From Naegleria gruberi (Eukaryota), in the NCBI GenBank assembly GCA_000004985.1, contig GG739441.1: 1,356 nt of DNA. One strand, written 5' to 3'. Under the pieces are notes generated by a model that did no database searches, was not told the DNA's origin, and saw only the letters and a program-made list of their open reading frames with translations. The translations under genes and the position numbers were made by a program. Positions 1 to 1,356 of the stretch are shown piece after piece. The first letter of the stretch is position 1. Each line of letters starts with the position of its first letter.

Positions 1-324
1 ACATACTCAGTGTCCACAACAAATCCAAAGCCCAAATCCAATAAGCAAAACACAACCAATCGAATCAGCCATCTATCCCCATCCATTGATTTTGATCTTC
101 CCTCTAGTTATGAATATTCACTGAAAATTATGGAATTGGAACAGAAGAAACATGTACCACATAGTCATTTCTACCAAGATGGCTCCTCATTTGGTGATGA
201 TGATGAAAACTATCCTTACAGTGAGGATGAAGAGTATGATGATGGAATGTATCACATCCCAGAAAGTCATCAATCTCGATACATTCCCTCAGACAGTTCT
301 TTTTCAGATATGGATAGTTTTTAA
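1..324 (+). CDS. 3' end (C-terminal ~107 aa) of a protein-coding gene, truncated at the left edge. The product is an uncharacterised acidic, Ser/Asp/Glu-rich C-terminal tail (…DGSSFGDDDENYPYSEDEEYDDGMYHIPESHQSRYIPSDSSFSDMDSF*).
   Basis: Frame 1 is open from base 1 with no stop in 1-9 through to TAA at 322-324. The track ORF 10..324 is the same frame, and its leading 'M' is really a GTG Val codon, so the true start lies upstream of the window. The region has coding-like composition, while the 3' flank is AT-rich with A-rich/AATAAA-like motifs at 409-414 and 433-438, consistent with a yeast 3' UTR. A low-complexity acidic stretch encoded by GAT/GAA/GAG repeats lies at 193-245. I recognise no family. 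Confidence 0.55.
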   Translation, partial: TYSVSTTNPKPKSNKQNTTNRISHLSPSIDFDLPSSYEYSLKIMELEQKKHVPHSHFYQDGSSFGDDDENYPYSEDEEYDDGMYHIPESHQSRYIPSDSSFSDMDSF

Positions 325-435
325 ATTGCATCATTTAAAAGTATTTCAATTCATTTTCTAAATCAACTTCGTCTATTCTTCTTCGCTTACAACGAATTAC
401 AGTCCAAAATAAATCGCAAAAACACAACTAATAAT

Positions 436-443
436 AAATATAT
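436..443 (+). promoter_or_regulatory. TATA-like element (AAATATAT) about 28 to 35 bp upstream of the tRNA +1, a candidate TFIIIB/TBP site
   Basis: An AT-rich TATA-like motif at -35..-28 relative to tRNA nucleotide 1 (471). Yeast tDNAs commonly carry such an element near -30. The same octamer recurs at 460-467, immediately 5' of the tRNA. Confidence 0.35.
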
Positions 444-477
444 CAGGAAACAAGATTTCAAATATATGAAGCGGTCT

Positions 478-488
478 TGACCGAGTGG
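478..488 (+). promoter_or_regulatory. Intragenic RNA polymerase III A box (TGACCGAGTGG)
   Basis: Matches the A-box consensus TRGCNNAGTGG at 10 of 11 positions, at tRNA positions 8-18. Confidence 0.85.
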
Positions 489-529
489 TTAAGGTGATTG
501 ACTAGAAATCAATTGGGGCGACCCGCACA

Positions 530-540
530 GGTTCGAATCC
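530..540 (+). promoter_or_regulatory. Intragenic RNA polymerase III B box (GGTTCGAATCC), the TFIIIC binding site
   Basis: Matches the B-box consensus GGTTCGANTCC exactly, in the T-stem/loop of the tRNA. Confidence 0.9.
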
Positions 541-554
541 TGTAGACCGCGAAA

Positions 555-559
555 TTTTT
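555..559 (+). terminator. RNA polymerase III terminator, T5 run on the coding strand 4 nt past the tRNA 3' end
   Basis: TTTTT at 555-559 directly follows the discriminator base G551. A second T5 run at 603-607 could serve as a backup terminator. This is a eukaryotic Pol III termination signal. Confidence 0.8.
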
Positions 560-661
560 ATAACGAATCCAATATTATGTTTGGCTTTTGAAATCATCCC
601 ACTTTTTATCTGGATTTAAACTTTAATTCTTCTCAAACAAGCAAGGAAAAGAATTCATGAT

Positions 662-1356
662 TTATTCTAAATACAAAATGAAGAAAATCAATAAAACTAT
701 AGTTAAATAAATATTTTGTGAAATCGTAAAAGCTAATGAAACACTCCTAGTTGATGGATTCACTGGAGGGAAATAAAAATGACTTTCGTCAAAATTATTG
801 CCTCCTTCTTTTGTGCATGTGCAGTATTGTTTCGAACAAGAAATTGAGTCAACAGTGCAATAGTAATATGGGTCATTTTTGTAATTCTTGAAACTTGGTG
901 TGATACTAATTGTCAAAGGATAATATTGATCAGGAATTGTTGAATTATCCAAGAATCCAAATCCTGTATGAAACACTGTGAATATCATTGAACAATTGCA
1001 AACACTTTCAGCACCGTCAGCATAAGGATACAAACCCCAACCAGAACCAACACCGATACATCTATTATCCAATGTTCTGTATCTAGCACGATATCCAAAG
1101 TAAATGTTTTGAATATCTGTTCTATCAGAAGTATTTCCTCTGTAGTAAGGTTTGTCCAATGAAACCTTCAACGAATAAATTTTACATCCCATAGCAGAAT
1201 TGACGAATTTTTTGGCTCCATCAATTTTTAAACCAATGGGTGCTGTATAATTTCTACTTGGAATAATCATAGTAACTGGATTATCACCAGATATCTCTAT
1301 TACAGAATCTGTTGGTATATCTTTAACATTGATCAATACATTTGCACAATTCACAA
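662..1356 (-). CDS. C-terminal 230 aa of a predicted secreted, N-glycosylated, Cys/Tyr/Gly-rich cell-surface protein with a C-terminal GPI-anchor-like signal. The 5' end is truncated at the right edge of the window and I cannot recognise the family.
   Basis: A 693-nt ORF is open to the window edge, and the track's leading 'M' is a GTG codon, so the gene continues beyond 1356. The stop is TAA (complement of 662-664). The C-terminus …NPSTRSVSLAFTISQNIYLTIVLLIFFILYLE has a polar spacer with small residues (S/A/N/G) that are candidate omega sites, followed by about 15 hydrophobic residues and then the end of the protein. That is the classic fungal GPI attachment signal architecture. Sequons are present at N-Y-T, N-T-S, N-C-S and N-S-T. 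There are 9 Cys, including two CxC motifs (CNC, CTC), and a high Tyr/aromatic content (KPYY, IYFGYRARY, LYPY, DPYYYC, HFYF). The - strand sequence downstream of the stop (complement of 552-661) is AT-rich with poly(A)-signal-like motifs. Confidence 0.85.
   Translation of the reverse strand, partial: VNCANVLINVKDIPTDSVIEISGDNPVTMIIPSRNYTAPIGLKIDGAKKFVNSAMGCKIYSLKVSLDKPYYRGNTSDRTDIQNIYFGYRARYRTLDNRCIGVGSGWGLYPYADGAESVCNCSMIFTVFHTGFGFLDNSTIPDQYYPLTISITPSFKNYKNDPYYYCTVDSISCSKQYCTCTKEGGNNFDESHFYFPPVNPSTRSVSLAFTISQNIYLTIVLLIFFILYLE

Larger units (their letters stand above)
471..551 (+). tRNA. tS(AGA): Nuclear tRNA-Ser, anticodon AGA (decodes UCN, mainly UCU/UCC), a class II tRNA with a long variable arm. 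It is 81 nt, has no intron and no encoded CCA.
   Basis: Folded by hand. The acceptor stem GCGGTCT (471-477) pairs perfectly with AGACCGC (544-550), followed by discriminator G551. Positions 8-9 are TG. The D-stem ACC (480-482) pairs with GGT (493-495), enclosing D-loop GAGTGGTTAA. The anticodon stem ATTGA (497-501) pairs with TCAAT (509-513), with loop CTAGAAA placing the anticodon AGA at 504-506, flanked by U33 and A37. A 13-nt variable arm TGGGGCGACCCGC spans 514-526. The T-stem ACAGG (527-531) pairs with CCTGT (539-543), enclosing T-loop TTCGAAT. The overall sequence closely matches the eukaryotic cytosolic tRNA-Ser(AGA) consensus, and a G73 discriminator is typical of tRNA-Ser. Confidence 0.95.

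Noticed and set aside
121-123. CTG codon usage as a clue to a CUG-Ser clade yeast
   Set aside because: ORF1 has one in-frame CTG. The 230-codon - strand ORF has none in frame, since every CAG on the + strand falls out of frame. With about 14 Leu codons the expected CTG count is only 1-2 even in non-CTG-clade yeasts, so this is statistically uninformative. The tRNA here has anticodon AGA, not CAG, and says nothing about CUG reassignment.
128-334. A 68-aa ORF on the - strand containing a poly-His run (HHHTLHPH…HHHH)
   Set aside because: It lies entirely antisense to the longer + strand coding frame. The His run is just the reverse complement of the GAT/GAA acid-codon repeat (ATCATCATC reads as His codons). 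It has no independent start context or support, and I consider it a frame artefact.
152-361. A 69-aa + strand ORF in an alternative frame overlapping the end of ORF1 and its 3' UTR
   Set aside because: It is out of frame with, and nested in, the better-supported 1..324 CDS. Its product is Met/Ile/Phe-rich low-complexity sequence typical of AT-rich non-coding translation, and it runs into the 3' UTR. It is spurious.
325-470. Possible retrotransposon LTR (Ty-like sigma/delta/tau) remnant upstream of the tDNA
   Set aside because: tDNA upstream regions are classic Ty integration sites. The spacer between the upstream stop codon and the tRNA is only 146 bp, however, and shows no TGTTG…CAACA LTR termini, no target-site duplication and no internal repeats. 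The same holds for the 110-bp downstream spacer at 552-661.
573-580. Partial B-box-like motif (ACGAATCC) about 35 bp downstream of the tRNA, and a repeated GAAATCA heptamer (505-511 and 591-597)
   Set aside because: These are 7-8-nt matches in an AT-rich 1.3-kb window and are expected by chance. No flanking tRNA-like structure can be folded around them, so there is no second tRNA or tRNA fragment here.
1-1356. A prokaryotic-style defence or accessory system, CRISPR repeats, or operon structure
   Set aside because: There are no direct-repeat arrays, no Shine-Dalgarno-coupled gene pairs and no rho-independent terminator hairpins. Instead the window shows eukaryotic hallmarks: a Pol III tDNA with a T5 terminator and no encoded CCA, a GPI-signal C-terminus, N-glycosylation sequons and poly(A)-like 3' UTR motifs. 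The premise of a novel prokaryotic system is not supported by this window.

Overview
This 1.36 kb window looks like a compact nuclear locus from an AT-rich eukaryote, most likely a yeast-like fungus. It is not a prokaryotic accessory region. It holds three genes. (1) On the + strand, the 3' end of an ORF (1..324) runs in from the left edge and encodes a Ser/Asp/Glu-rich acidic tail ending at a TAA. (2) On the + strand at 471..551 there is a clear class-II tRNA-Ser with anticodon AGA. It has intragenic A and B boxes, no encoded CCA, an upstream TATA-like element, and a T5 RNA polymerase III terminator 4 nt downstream. (3) On the - strand, a 5'-truncated ORF (662..1356) runs off the right edge. 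Its C-terminal 230 aa are rich in Cys, Tyr and Gly, carry four N-glycosylation sequons, and end in a hydrophobic tail typical of a GPI-anchor signal, so I read it as a secreted cell-surface or cell-wall protein. I cannot place the domain preceding the anchor signal in any family I recognise, and that is the only moderately interesting thing here. I see no CRISPR array, no mobile element or LTR remnant, and no prokaryote-style defence system. The two short overlapping ORFs in the track are antisense or frame-shifted artefacts of the acidic coding region.
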